Below are positions 28,817 through 37,914 of a stretch of DNA of 64,000 bases, in pieces. A model generated the notes under the pieces. The model worked only from the letters and a program-made list of their open reading frames with translations, was not told the origin of the DNA and made no database searches. Position 1 is the stretch's first letter. Each line of letters begins with the position of its first letter. Both the position numbers and the translations under genes were made by a program. This stretch comes from Thermoanaerobaculia bacterium (GTDB lineage: Bacteria; Acidobacteriota; Thermoanaerobaculia; UBA5066), in assembly GCA_963816185.1 (NCBI GenBank), contig CAWFJJ010000008.1, forward strand, positions 343,010 through 407,009, given 5' to 3'.

Positions 28817-30087
28817 CGGACGGTCACGAGCCCTTCTGCAAGGAGATTTTCCTCTTCCTCGGATCCACGAAGAAGATCCCGGAGGCTCGTCCCCTGCAGC
28901 ACGGCCCTCTCTTCCCGGTTCGCCTTCGCGAAGACCCGGTGCAACGTCCGGGCCGCGGCGTCGTGGCCCGAAGGCACCGCCCGGAGCGCCGACTCACCGA
29001 TCGCGCGGGCGACGGCGTAGAGGGAAATCGTCTCGGGTGCGCGGGCGAGCGCGAGATTCCCGTCCGCATCGGATGCGAGAAGGCCCTCGCCCAAGAGCTC
29101 CGCGACGAGCGGCGCAATCTCTTCCTCGGGCCGGCCGATCTCGGCCGCAAGACCCGCGCGCGTGCGCGTCGCGCGGTCGTTCTTCCAGGCCGTCGCCATG
29201 ACGAGCAGGAGGCGCACGGCGACGTACAGACGGCCGCCCTCCTCGGTGCGCTCGGGGGGCGAGTCGTGGTCGAGAAACTCGTCCCGGTACTGGATCGCAT
29301 GGGCGAGGGAAACACCCCCGAGAAAAATCGTCGTCAAGATGCCAATCGCGATCACGAAGATGACGATGGCCGAGATCGAGCCGTAGGTCTGGTTGACGGA
29401 CGTGAGGAGCAGAACGCCGCGTGCGAAGCCGATCCGCAGAAGCGTGAGTGCGACAGTCACGAGGAAGGCCGCGATCGCCGCGGGTCCCCAGCGGACGTAC
29501 GAGCCGGGCAGCTTCCGGTAGAGATACACGATCAGGCAGAACGACAGGAGCGATCCGAGGAAACGGAAATCGCCGAACGGAGCGCCGCTCTCGAGAAGAA
29601 AGGACGTCAGGACGCCGGTTGCGACGGGCCCGAGGATCATGACGGAGAGGGCCATGCCCAGGCGCCGGAGCCGCCGGCGCGGCACACCCGTGGAGCCCCA
29701 GAGCGCCTGGACTGCGCCTTCGACGAGGAAGAACGTCCGAAGCGACGTGGCGAGGAAGAAAAGCGTCGCCGTGCCCGAGACCGACGTCGCCTTGACGCTG
29801 AACGTCTGCAGGTCCGTCACGAAATCGCGCCCGGCGCCCGGGAGGATCCGCAGCAGGCGGTAGAGGCCGGTGCCCGACCCGCCGAAGAAAGTCGACGTGA
29901 GAACGGTCACGCACGCGACGAGGGGAACGAGCGTGAGCAGCGCCGAGTACGCGAGGCTCGCCGCGAGGTCGAAGCCGCGCGCGTCGAGGAAACGTCGGAC
30001 CGTCCCCACGAGGATCGCGCGAGCAAGGGGAGGAACCTCGTGAAGCTTCCGCCCGGCCAGGCGCACCGGCGCCGTCGAGGAACGCAT
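28813..30087 (-). CDS. YihY/virulence factor BrkB family membrane protein with C-terminal Rrf2-like HTH
   Basis: AASLAYSALLTLVPL; TYGSISAIVIF; LARAPETISLYAV. Confidence 0.85.
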   Translation of the reverse strand: MRSSTAPVRLAGRKLHEVPPLARAILVGTVRRFLDARGFDLAASLAYSALLTLVPLVACVTVLTSTFFGGSGTGLYRLLRILPGAGRDFVTDLQTFSVKATSVSGTATLFFLATSLRTFFLVEGAVQALWGSTGVPRRRLRRLGMALSVMILGPVATGVLTSFLLESGAPFGDFRFLGSLLSFCLIVYLYRKLPGSYVRWGPAAIAAFLVTVALTLLRIGFARGVLLLTSVNQTYGSISAIVIFVIAIGILTTIFLGGVSLAHAIQYRDEFLDHDSPPERTEEGGRLYVAVRLLLVMATAWKNDRATRTRAGLAAEIGRPEEEIAPLVAELLGEGLLASDADGNLALARAPETISLYAVARAIGESALRAVPSGHDAAARTLHRVFAKANREERAVLQGTSLRDLLRGSEEEENLLAEGLVTVR

Positions 30088-30156
30088 CGCGCGTCCATCG
30101 TACCTTCCCCTGACGCGCGGGCTGTGACAAGATCGCCGGCCCGAGGAGGTCGGACC

Positions 30157-30447
30157 ATGGCAAACAGCACGGTCGAAGACGCCGCAAGAGCCGTCGAGCA
30201 GAAGATCGACGCGACACGCGAATCGGTCGGTGAAAAGACCGGCCGCTTGCGCGAGCGCGTGGGCGAGGTCGCCGGAAACGTGAAGGCGCGCGCGGGGGCG
30301 CTCCGGGACAAGCTCGCCGATACGGATTGGGAAGACGTCCAGACGGGCGTCAAGAACTACGTGAAGGACAACCCAGGCAAGTCGGTCGCGATCGCTCTCG
30401 GCGTGGGTTTCGTGCTCGGCATGCTTCTTCGCCGGAGAGACGACTGA
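30157..30447 (+). CDS. DUF883/ElaB/YqjD-like membrane-anchored protein
   Basis: GGAGG RBS; YVKDNPGKSVAIALGVGFVLGMLLRR. Confidence 0.85.
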   Translation: MANSTVEDAARAVEQKIDATRESVGEKTGRLRERVGEVAGNVKARAGALRDKLADTDWEDVQTGVKNYVKDNPGKSVAIALGVGFVLGMLLRRRDD

Positions 30448-30734
30448 TGGACGACGCCGCGGTTCGCGAGCCGGCGCCCCACGGCGCCTCGCCCGAGGGC
30501 CCGGTGGGGCGGCCCGGAGAGCCCTTCGAATTCTTCCCGAAGGACATCGACTGGAAGAGGGCGGCTCTCGAGACCGTGCAGCGCCATCCGCTGGCGTGCC
30601 TCGCAGGCGCCGCAGCCGTGGGGTTCATCGTGGGCCGCTACCGCGGGCGCGTCATCGTGGGGGCCCTCGCCGGAGTCGCGACGAACATGGTCCTCCGCCA
30701 GCTCGGCGAATCGTTCACGGCCGGCGACCTGTAG
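30447..30734 (+). CDS. Small membrane protein, DUF883-like C-terminus
   Basis: TGATG coupling; VQRHPLACLAGAAAVGFIVG. Confidence 0.7.
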   Translation: MDDAAVREPAPHGASPEGPVGRPGEPFEFFPKDIDWKRAALETVQRHPLACLAGAAAVGFIVGRYRGRVIVGALAGVATNMVLRQLGESFTAGDL

Positions 30735-30774
30735 GCTTTTTCGGCTTCGGAATTCGGAAATCTCTGCTGATATA

Positions 30775-30798
30775 CGGCGGCTGCTGATGCAGCCGCCG
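30775..30798. terminator. Perfect 10-bp hairpin, probable terminator
   Basis: CGGCGGCTGC-TGAT-GCAGCCGCCG with AT-rich flanks. Confidence 0.5.
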
Positions 30799-30814
30799 AT
30801 AGTTGAAAATCTTC

Positions 30815-30893
30815 TCCCCGATTGGCCGATGTCAAGGGTTCGTGACCGCTGCGCGGCGCGCGAAGCGCGCCCTTGACATCGGCCATTCGGGGA
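30815..30893. repeat. 24-bp inverted repeat (23/24 match) with TTGACA in each arm
   Basis: TCCCCGATTGGCCGATGTCAAGGG (30815-30838) and CCCTTGACATCGGCCATTCGGGGA (30870-30893), 31-nt spacer. Confidence 0.85.
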
Positions 30894-30953
30894 ATACGGT
30901 CCCCATCTGTATTAGCAAGAAATTCCATCTCTCCATCTGAGTACACTCCACCC

Positions 30954-32081
30954 ATGGAGAAGGCGATCAAGCCTCATCCGTCGATCCTGACGTTCGCGTC
31001 ATCGGCGGGTTGAGCCTGCAAGCTGGGTCAGTCTGACCTGGTGAAGCTGCTGGATGCCCTGCCGCGGGCTCACGACCCGCGTGCTCTCGTCGGATACGAC
31101 TCGTCCGACGACGCGGCGGTGTTTCGCCTCGGCTCTTCCGACGACCCGGATCCCGAGACGCTGCTCGCCACGACGGATTTCTTCACGCCGGTCGTGGATT
31201 CTCCGTTCGACTTCGGGCGCGTCGCGGCGGCGAACGCACTTTCGGACATCTACGCGATGGGGGGCGAGGCGCTCTTCGCGCTCAACCTCGTCGGCTTTCC
31301 CATGAAGGTGCTTCCGCTCGAGGTGCTCGGCGAGATCCTCCGTGGCGGCGCCGAGGTGGCGCAAGATGCCGGAGTTCCCGTCCTCGGAGGGCACTCCACG
31401 GATTTCGACGTGCCCTTCTACGGCATGTCCGTCACGGGCCGCGTGCGCCTTTCCCGCCTGCGCCGGAACGTGGGTGCGAGGGCGGGAGACACGCTCGTCC
31501 TCACGAAAGCGATCGGAACGGGAATCCTGACGTCGGCGATGAGAGCCCAGGTCCTCAGGGAGAGCTCTTTCTTCTCGGCCCTCAAGAAGAGCTCGGGACC
31601 GTCGGAGGAGGAGGAGCGCGCCACCATCGCCTCGATGACGAGGCTGAACCGCTCGGCCGCGCGCGCGGCCGACGCCTTCACGATCTCGGCCTCCACGGAC
31701 GTGACGGGCTACGGGCTCCTGGGCCACCTCAGGGAGATGCTCGGCTCAGGCGGCGTCTCGGCCGAGCTCTCGGTCTCCGCCGTTCCCGTTCTGCCCGGCG
31801 CGCGCCGGCTCGCGGGGGCCGGAATCGCGCCCGACGGCAGCCGCCGCAATCTCGCCGCGGCACGGCCTTTTCTCGAGGTCGCTCCGGGCGTCTCCGAGAC
31901 CGATCTTCTTCTTCTCGCCGACGCGCAAACGTCGGGCGGTCTGCTGTTCGCGGTGCCGACCCCCTTCGCCTCTGCGCTCGTCGCGTCTCTCCACTCAAGC
32001 GGGGACAAGGCGGCGGCCGTTGTCGGGCGCTTCCTTCCGGCCGCCGACGTTCGCGCCGGAAACCTCCGCGTCGTACCCTGA
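30954..32081 (+). CDS. selD: Selenide, water dikinase SelD; selenoprotein (UGA at 31011 read as Sec)
   Basis: In-frame MEK...SSAG-U-ACKLG gives the catalytic UxxK motif; DDAAV, TTDFFTPVVD, ANALSDIYAMGG, TDVTGYGLLGH, DAQTSGGLL. Confidence 0.93.
31023..31041 (+). promoter_or_regulatory. Putative bacterial SECIS hairpin
   Basis: CTGGGTCA-GTC-TGACCTGG stem-loop with a G-containing loop about 17 nt after the UGA. Confidence 0.65.
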
Positions 32082-32105
32082 CCACCGGGAACAGAGGAGG
32101 TCGCC

Positions 32106-32441
32106 ATGACCGAGGACCCGAAGAGCGAGGAGCTCTGGGAAAATGTCGCGCCCGCCGCGAACGAGACGGAGGCGGCGCTCGTCGCGGGGTTTCTTCAGAG
32201 CCGGGGAATCCCGGCACGCGTCGTGGACCGGAGCTTTCACCAGACGCCGACGGAGAGCGAAGATCTTTCCCCGATCGAGGTCGTCGTCCCCGTGGTGCGA
32301 GCGGACGAGGCCCGGACCGCGCTCGCGAACCGCGAGCGGGCGTTCGCCAAGGACCCGGGAACCCCTTCCGATGTGCAGACGGACGAGGGGCCGCGGGACG
32401 TTCCGCCCGAAGGCGAGGGAGGGCCGGAAGACGTTGGGTAG
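32106..32441 (+). CDS. DUF2007-like small protein
   Basis: GGAGG RBS; EAALVAGFLQSRGIPA...VVVPVVRADEARTAL. Confidence 0.75.
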   Translation: MTEDPKSEELWENVAPAANETEAALVAGFLQSRGIPARVVDRSFHQTPTESEDLSPIEVVVPVVRADEARTALANRERAFAKDPGTPSDVQTDEGPRDVPPEGEGGPEDVG

Positions 32442-32465
32442 AATCCCTGAGGAGTTCGTCAGCGT

Positions 32466-34568
32466 TTGAGCCCTGAACAGATCGGCCGGTACGTCATCCT
32501 GCGCACGCTGGGACGCGGCGCCATGGGCGTCGTGTACCTGGCCCGCGACCCCCAGATCGAGCGCGAGCTCGCCCTGAAGACCATCCGGTTCGACACGGGC
32601 GAGAAGAGCTTCGGCGTCGAGGAGGCGAAAGCGCGGTTTCTGAAGGAGGCGCGCATCTCGGGGCGTCTCCAGCACCCGCACATCGTGACGGTCTTCGACG
32701 TGGGCGAGGACCAGGGCACGCTCTTCCTCGCTATGGAGCTCGTGCAGGGTGGAAGCTTCGCGCAACGGCTTTCCGACCCCGCCGGCTTTCCGTTGCGCGA
32801 CCGCATCCGCGTCGTCGCCGAGGTGGCCGAAGCGCTGGCGCATGCGCACGAGCGCGGAGTCCTTCATCGCGACGTGAAGCCCGCGAACATCCTCCTGTCG
32901 CCGACGCTCTCGGCGAAGGTGACGGACTTCGGGATCGGCAAGCTTCTGACCGGCGACACGGAGCTCACGTCGACCGGCCAGATGGTCGGCTCGCCCGCTT
33001 ACATGTCTCCGGAGCAGATCAAAGGCGAGAAGCTGGACGCGAGAACCGACATCTTTTCGCTCGGCATCGTCCTCTATCAGGCGCTCACGCTGCGCAAGCC
33101 CTTCCCCGCCGACACCCTCACGACGCTCGTCTACCAGATCCTTCACGAAGAGCCGATGGATCCGGCGTTGGTGACGAACGACGTGCCCGAGGGCATGAAG
33201 GACATCATCAAGAAGTGTCTCGCGAAGGACCGCGCGAACCGCTATTCCGACGCCGGAGAGCTCGCCGCCGATCTGCGCGAGATTCTGGGGTTCTCGGCGG
33301 TCGGCTCCACCGCCGGCCTTTCGGAAAGCAAGATCAAACGCGTGCGGTCCTCGCCGGGCGCGCCTCCGCCGATCGCGCCACTCGCCGGGTCCGCGATCCC
33401 CGCCTCGATGGCGCCCACGGCCGCCGTCCGGGTTGTGCCGCCCGTCGGGAAGCTCCCGGAGGTCGCGGGCTCCACTGTGGTTCCCGCACGGCCTCTGATG
33501 CCGGCCGCAGCACCACCCGATCCGGAATCGGAATCGCCCACGATCACGACCGGACGCCGCATGGGTGAATTGATCGCGAAAGGCGCCGGCGCCGCGGCGC
33601 CGGCGCCCCCGAAGAAGAAAGGTGCCTCGCCTTTCGTCCTGGGGGGCGGTCTTCTCGTGGTCGCAGCGGTCGTGCTCGGCGTGCTCGCACTCTCGAAGAA
33701 GAGTGAAAAAGACGTCGCGGAGCTGCCGCCCGTTCCGACTTCGGCGCCTGCGGCCTCCGTCCCGACACCCGTTCCAACCCAACCGCCGCCGGCTTCGACG
33801 GCGCCCCGCGCAATTGTTCCTGCGACCGCCGGACCGGCGGTGGCGGTCGTCGAGACGCCGGCGCGCTTCGTTTCGCCCACCGTCGCGCCCACGAAGAAAC
33901 CACGAGGCAAGCCGACGGCCACGCCCGAGGAAGCCGCAGCCGCAGCAGCGGCCGCAACCGCCGCGGTCCCCGCGGCGCCGAAGGCCCCCGCGCTGAAACC
34001 TGCAGACCTCACGGTCACGATCCGCCGGTTTCTCAAGCTCGACGTCTCGCCGAGCCAGGCGCGCGTGTATCTCGACGGGCGTTACATCGGCATCTCCGAC
34101 GACTGGGACGACTCCGGCGGCGGTTCCCTCCTCACGTTCAACCTCGAAGGCACTCACCGGATTCGCCTGTGCGCACCGGACCATCGCGACCTGCGGGTGG
34201 AGGTCATCGTGCGGGCGACTGCGACCGACGACAAGGTCACGATCGACCGCAGCCTTGAAAAGGGCTCACCCGACGGCCCCACGGGTCCCGCCTGGCTTGA
34301 CGGGGGAAAGCTCAAGCGCCCGAGCTACCGCACGGTGCGCGACGCCGTGTTCAACGTCCAGCCGCCCGACGCGATGGTCTCGGTGAACGGCCGCCAGCTC
34401 GGGCCCGCGTCGAAGTTTGCGAAGGAGGACCTTCAGTTCGCAGACATGGCGGTTTACGAGGTCCTCCTGACCGCGCCCGGGTACGAGCCCAAACCGCTGC
34501 GCGTTCTCGTGGGCCCCGCAGCCGGAGAGGCTCGCGCGAACATCAAGGAAAAGCTCAAGAAGATGTGA
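32466..34568 (+). CDS. Membrane Ser/Thr protein kinase with Pro/Ala linker and PEGA-like domains
   Basis: LGRGAMGVVY, ALK, HRDVKPAN, DFG, YMSPEQ; TM helix; VSPSQARVYLDGRYIG. Confidence 0.9.
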   Translation: MSPEQIGRYVILRTLGRGAMGVVYLARDPQIERELALKTIRFDTGEKSFGVEEAKARFLKEARISGRLQHPHIVTVFDVGEDQGTLFLAMELVQGGSFAQRLSDPAGFPLRDRIRVVAEVAEALAHAHERGVLHRDVKPANILLSPTLSAKVTDFGIGKLLTGDTELTSTGQMVGSPAYMSPEQIKGEKLDARTDIFSLGIVLYQALTLRKPFPADTLTTLVYQILHEEPMDPALVTNDVPEGMKDIIKKCLAKDRANRYSDAGELAADLREILGFSAVGSTAGLSESKIKRVRSSPGAPPPIAPLAGSAIPASMAPTAAVRVVPPVGKLPEVAGSTVVPARPLMPAAAPPDPESESPTITTGRRMGELIAKGAGAAAPAPPKKKGASPFVLGGGLLVVAAVVLGVLALSKKSEKDVAELPPVPTSAPAASVPTPVPTQPPPASTAPRAIVPATAGPAVAVVETPARFVSPTVAPTKKPRGKPTATPEEAAAAAAAATAAVPAAPKAPALKPADLTVTIRRFLKLDVSPSQARVYLDGRYIGISDDWDDSGGGSLLTFNLEGTHRIRLCAPDHRDLRVEVIVRATATDDKVTIDRSLEKGSPDGPTGPAWLDGGKLKRPSYRTVRDAVFNVQPPDAMVSVNGRQLGPASKFAKEDLQFADMAVYEVLLTAPGYEPKPLRVLVGPAAGEARANIKEKLKKM

Positions 34569-34574
34569 GCGGGG

Positions 34575-35480
34575 TCAGATCGGGCCCGCCAGGATGCGGA
34601 AGCCCGCGGCCTTCTTGATCGCCTCTTCGAGCCGGCGTGTGAGGACGAGAGCGATGCCGGCGAGAAGCGCGGCGCCGTTGGGCGCGCCCGAAGCGAGAAG
34701 CTCGCGGAAGACCGGGCGCGTCAGGACGTAGACCACGGCGGGACCTCCGTGCGCGAATACGTCGGCGGACCGCGGTGAGTCGTCCACGAGTGCCATCTCA
34801 CCCACGATCTCGCCGCGCCCGAGGATCGCGAGCGCTTCTTCTCCTCCCGCGATCTCGAGCGAGACGCGGAGCCTTCCCTCGGCGATGAGGAATGCCTCGT
34901 CCCCCCGCTCTCCCGCCGCGACGAGAGCGGCGCCCGGGAGGACGGTGCGGGCGACGAGCCCGAGCGCGGGCAGGAGCGACGGGTCGAGACCCGCCGTCTC
35001 GAAGAGGTCGCTTGCGCGTGCCGGATCGATCGGGCCGTCCTCGATCGTGCCGGTTCGCGGGGCGCGTTCCTGAGGAGGAGGCTCCGACTTTTCGTCGAAG
35101 AAGCGCCCGAGGGCGGCGTTGGTCTCGCGGAGCGCGGCCGTGAGGCTCGCGAGCGCGAGCCTGCGGAAGGCGCCGCCCGAGGGGCTCGTGTCGAAAAGAA
35201 GCGCGCGGGCTTCGTCCGCGGGAAACCACGCGGCCACGCTGCCGGGGTCGGGCGCGACGCGCGCGACTCCCGGCGATCCGCCGAACGGGACGCGCAGGTC
35301 GAGAAGCGCGGGCGCCGCGAGGTGAGCGACGGGATGCGGCCCGAACGGGGTCTCGGCGAAAAGGGTCGCACCGCCCTCGAGAAAGAGGTGAAGAGAGCCC
35401 GCCGCCGTATCGCGGAGCTCGTCTCCCGCCGTGAAACGCCTTCGCGGCCGCACACCGGCGAGAGCGGCGGCGTCGCTCAC
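34575..35480 (-). CDS. Cyclic nucleotide-binding domain protein
   Basis: GERGDEAFLIAEG...GEIVGEMALVDDSPRSADV; GTG start overlaps upstream stop. Confidence 0.78.
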   Translation of the reverse strand: MSDAAALAGVRPRRRFTAGDELRDTAAGSLHLFLEGGATLFAETPFGPHPVAHLAAPALLDLRVPFGGSPGVARVAPDPGSVAAWFPADEARALLFDTSPSGGAFRRLALASLTAALRETNAALGRFFDEKSEPPPQERAPRTGTIEDGPIDPARASDLFETAGLDPSLLPALGLVARTVLPGAALVAAGERGDEAFLIAEGRLRVSLEIAGGEEALAILGRGEIVGEMALVDDSPRSADVFAHGGPAVVYVLTRPVFRELLASGAPNGAALLAGIALVLTRRLEEAIKKAAGFRILAGPI

Positions 35481-36127
35481 TTCAACGTCAGAATGACTTC
35501 CGGGAAATCGCCTGTCGCGTCGAAGGGGCCATCGGACCTCCGGGCCACGAAACGAACCGCCTGGCCGGACTTCACCCCGAGGTTCTTGTAGCTCAGGCTG
35601 GCCGACAGGACCGCACCCTGGAACGGCACCTCGGGCGCGTCGAAGGCGCCGATCACCGGGTCCGTGTTCACGCCGTCGGTCTTGAACCGGCCGAGCGTCG
35701 CCACCGCGTAATACCCCTTCACCTTTGCACCGGTCAGAGCTCCCGAGCACGCGCTGCCGCCGTTCTCATAGCGGACACAGGCGGCGAGCTTCGCCAGGAG
35801 CTCGAAGCCCGGCTTCTTGCTCCAGAACGTCTCGGTGCCCGTCTTCGGGTTGTTGTCGGTGTCGAGGTAGACCTGCACGACATCCGAGGCGAAATCGCCG
35901 CTCATCGGGCCCTTCAGCGTCGCCGCGATCGTCAGCTTGGCCCCGTCGCTCGACAGGGCGAGCTTGACGACGTCGAATCCCGGAACCGTTCCGCTGCTTG
36001 TGTTGTGGGGCCTGACGTCGCCGGCCGGGTGGGTCCACTCGACGGCGTGCATCGCCTTCTGAACCGGTGCCGTCTTCTGCGGCCCGGCCAGCATCAAACC
36101 GAGGACGAGAATTGAGGGAGCAAGCAT
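35477..36127 (-). CDS. Exported hypothetical protein
   Basis: AAGGAGG RBS; signal peptide; VYLDTDNNPKTG motif. Confidence 0.72.
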   Translation of the reverse strand: MLAPSILVLGLMLAGPQKTAPVQKAMHAVEWTHPAGDVRPHNTSSGTVPGFDVVKLALSSDGAKLTIAATLKGPMSGDFASDVVQVYLDTDNNPKTGTETFWSKKPGFELLAKLAACVRYENGGSACSGALTGAKVKGYYAVATLGRFKTDGVNTDPVIGAFDAPEVPFQGAVLSASLSYKNLGVKSGQAVRFVARRSDGPFDATGDFPEVILTLK

Positions 36128-36326
36128 CGGGTCCTCCTTCCGAGAGGTTCGATTCGCGGGGAAGCGGTACGAACGGGCGTGCCAGCAATCGTCGATGGGT
36201 ACGGATTGTCGGAACCGGAGATTGTCTCACGCAACGTGGAAGGCCTCTTCCTCGAGAGCGCGGCCGACGTCCTGATGCATCCATTCTGTTGACGGGGCGG
36301 GGAGGGTACCGTATCGTCCCGCGGCC

Positions 36327-37439
36327 ATGACCGCTCCGCCCTCGTCGCTCAAGCGCACACCGCTGTGGGAGAGACACCGGGCTCTCGGCGGAAAGATGGT
36401 CGCGTTCGGCGGATGGGACATGCCCGTCGAGTATTCCGGTCTCGCCGACGAGCACCGCGCCGTGCGGACGCGAGCCGGCCTCTTCGACGTTTCGCACATG
36501 GGCGAGATCCGGGTGCGCGGGCCGAAGGCGTTCGAGACGGTGCAGCGCCTCACGTGCAACGACGTTGCAGCGCTCGACGACGGCAAGGCCCAGTACTCGG
36601 CCTTCCTCACCGAGAAGGGCACGTTCGTCGACGACCTTCTCACGTATCGGATCGCGCCGGACGACTACCTCCTCGTCGTGAACGCCGCGAACACGCCGAA
36701 GGACGTCGCGTGGGCGAAGCGGCAGGAGTCTCCAGGCGCGGCGATCGAGGACGAGTCGGCGATCTGGGCGCAGCTCGCGCTCCAGGGGCCGCTCGCCGAG
36801 CGTGTCCTCCAGCCGCTGACGGACGTGAAGCTCGCGGACATCGGCTACTACCGTTTCTTGACCGGGCACGTCGCCGGCGTGACCGCGCTCGTCTCGCGCA
36901 CGGGCTACACAGGAGAAGACGGCTTCGAGGTCTACGTGCATTCCGGGCGCGCGGGTGACGTCTGGGACGCGATTCTCGAGGCGGGCAAACCCTATGGCGT
37001 CATCCCCACGGGGCTCGGAGCGCGGGATACGCTGCGCCTCGAGGCCACGCTCGCCCTCTACGGCAACGACATCGACGACACCACGACGCCGTGGGAGGCG
37101 AACCTCGGCTGGATCGTGAAAATGAAGAAGGGCGACTTCACCGGTCGCGACGCGCTCGCGAAACAGAAAGAGGCGGGCATCACTCGCCGTCTCGTGGGCT
37201 TCGAGGTGACCGGGCGCGGGATCGCTCGGCACGGGTTCCCGGTCTCGATCGATCCGGTCTCGGGTCCGGTCGGCGTCGTTACGTCAGGGACGCAGACGCC
37301 CACGGTGGGCAAGCCCATCGGCCTCGCATACGTCCCGGCCGGCCGCGTCACGCCCGGCACGCCGCTGGCGATCGACGTGCGCGGGCGCTCGGTTGCGGCG
37401 CGCGTCGTGCCGACCCCGTTCTACAAGCGCAAGACCTGA
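36327..37439 (+). CDS. gcvT: Glycine cleavage system aminomethyltransferase T
   Basis: FGGWDMPVEY, GLFDVSHMGE, SRTGYTGEDGFE, GLGARDTLRLE. Confidence 0.96.
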   Translation: MTAPPSSLKRTPLWERHRALGGKMVAFGGWDMPVEYSGLADEHRAVRTRAGLFDVSHMGEIRVRGPKAFETVQRLTCNDVAALDDGKAQYSAFLTEKGTFVDDLLTYRIAPDDYLLVVNAANTPKDVAWAKRQESPGAAIEDESAIWAQLALQGPLAERVLQPLTDVKLADIGYYRFLTGHVAGVTALVSRTGYTGEDGFEVYVHSGRAGDVWDAILEAGKPYGVIPTGLGARDTLRLEATLALYGNDIDDTTTPWEANLGWIVKMKKGDFTGRDALAKQKEAGITRRLVGFEVTGRGIARHGFPVSIDPVSGPVGVVTSGTQTPTVGKPIGLAYVPAGRVTPGTPLAIDVRGRSVAARVVPTPFYKRKT

Positions 37440-37457
37440 GGGATCCAGGAGACGAAC

Positions 37458-37853
37458 ATGAGCGTTTACCCGGACGACCGCCGCTATTCCCGGAGCCACG
37501 AGTGGATCCGCGTCGATGGCGACGTGGGGACGATCGGGATCAGCGACCACGCGCAGAAAGAGCTCGGGGAGGTCGTGTTCGTCGACATGCCCGAGGTCGG
37601 CGAGATCTTCGACGCGGGCCAGGAATTCGGCACGATCGAGTCGGTGAAGGCGGTGTCCGAGCTCTTCCTCCCCGTCGCGGGCGAGATCCTCGAGCTGAAC
37701 AGAGTGCTCGTCGACGAGCCGGGGGCCGTGAACGAGGACCCGCACGGCGACGGCTGGCTCGTGAAGATCAAGCTCTCGTCGGACGCCGAGATGGACTCGC
37801 TCCTCTCCGCGGCCGATTACGAGAAGTTCGTGGAAGAGGAAGCCAAGGCCTGA
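37458..37853 (+). CDS. gcvH: Glycine cleavage system H protein
   Basis: HEWI, IESVKAVSE lipoyl-lysine, NEDPHGDGW. Confidence 0.96.
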   Translation: MSVYPDDRRYSRSHEWIRVDGDVGTIGISDHAQKELGEVVFVDMPEVGEIFDAGQEFGTIESVKAVSELFLPVAGEILELNRVLVDEPGAVNEDPHGDGWLVKIKLSSDAEMDSLLSAADYEKFVEEEAKA

Positions 37854-37914
37854 CCGGGAGCGAGCATCCGGCGCCCCGGCTCGGCGTCACGGGTGCCGGG
37901 GAGGACACGACCAG

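Noticed and set aside
33350-34000. Low-complexity Pro/Ala/Thr stretch as a DNA repeat element
   Set aside because: Explained as flexible linkers of the kinase
36170-36186. Minus-strand TGGCACGCCCGTTCG as a sigma54 promoter
   Set aside because: The -12 GC is not at the required spacing
36130-36326. Glycine riboswitch upstream of gcvT
   Set aside because: The conserved GGAGA...CCGAAG...CTCTCAGG core is not present
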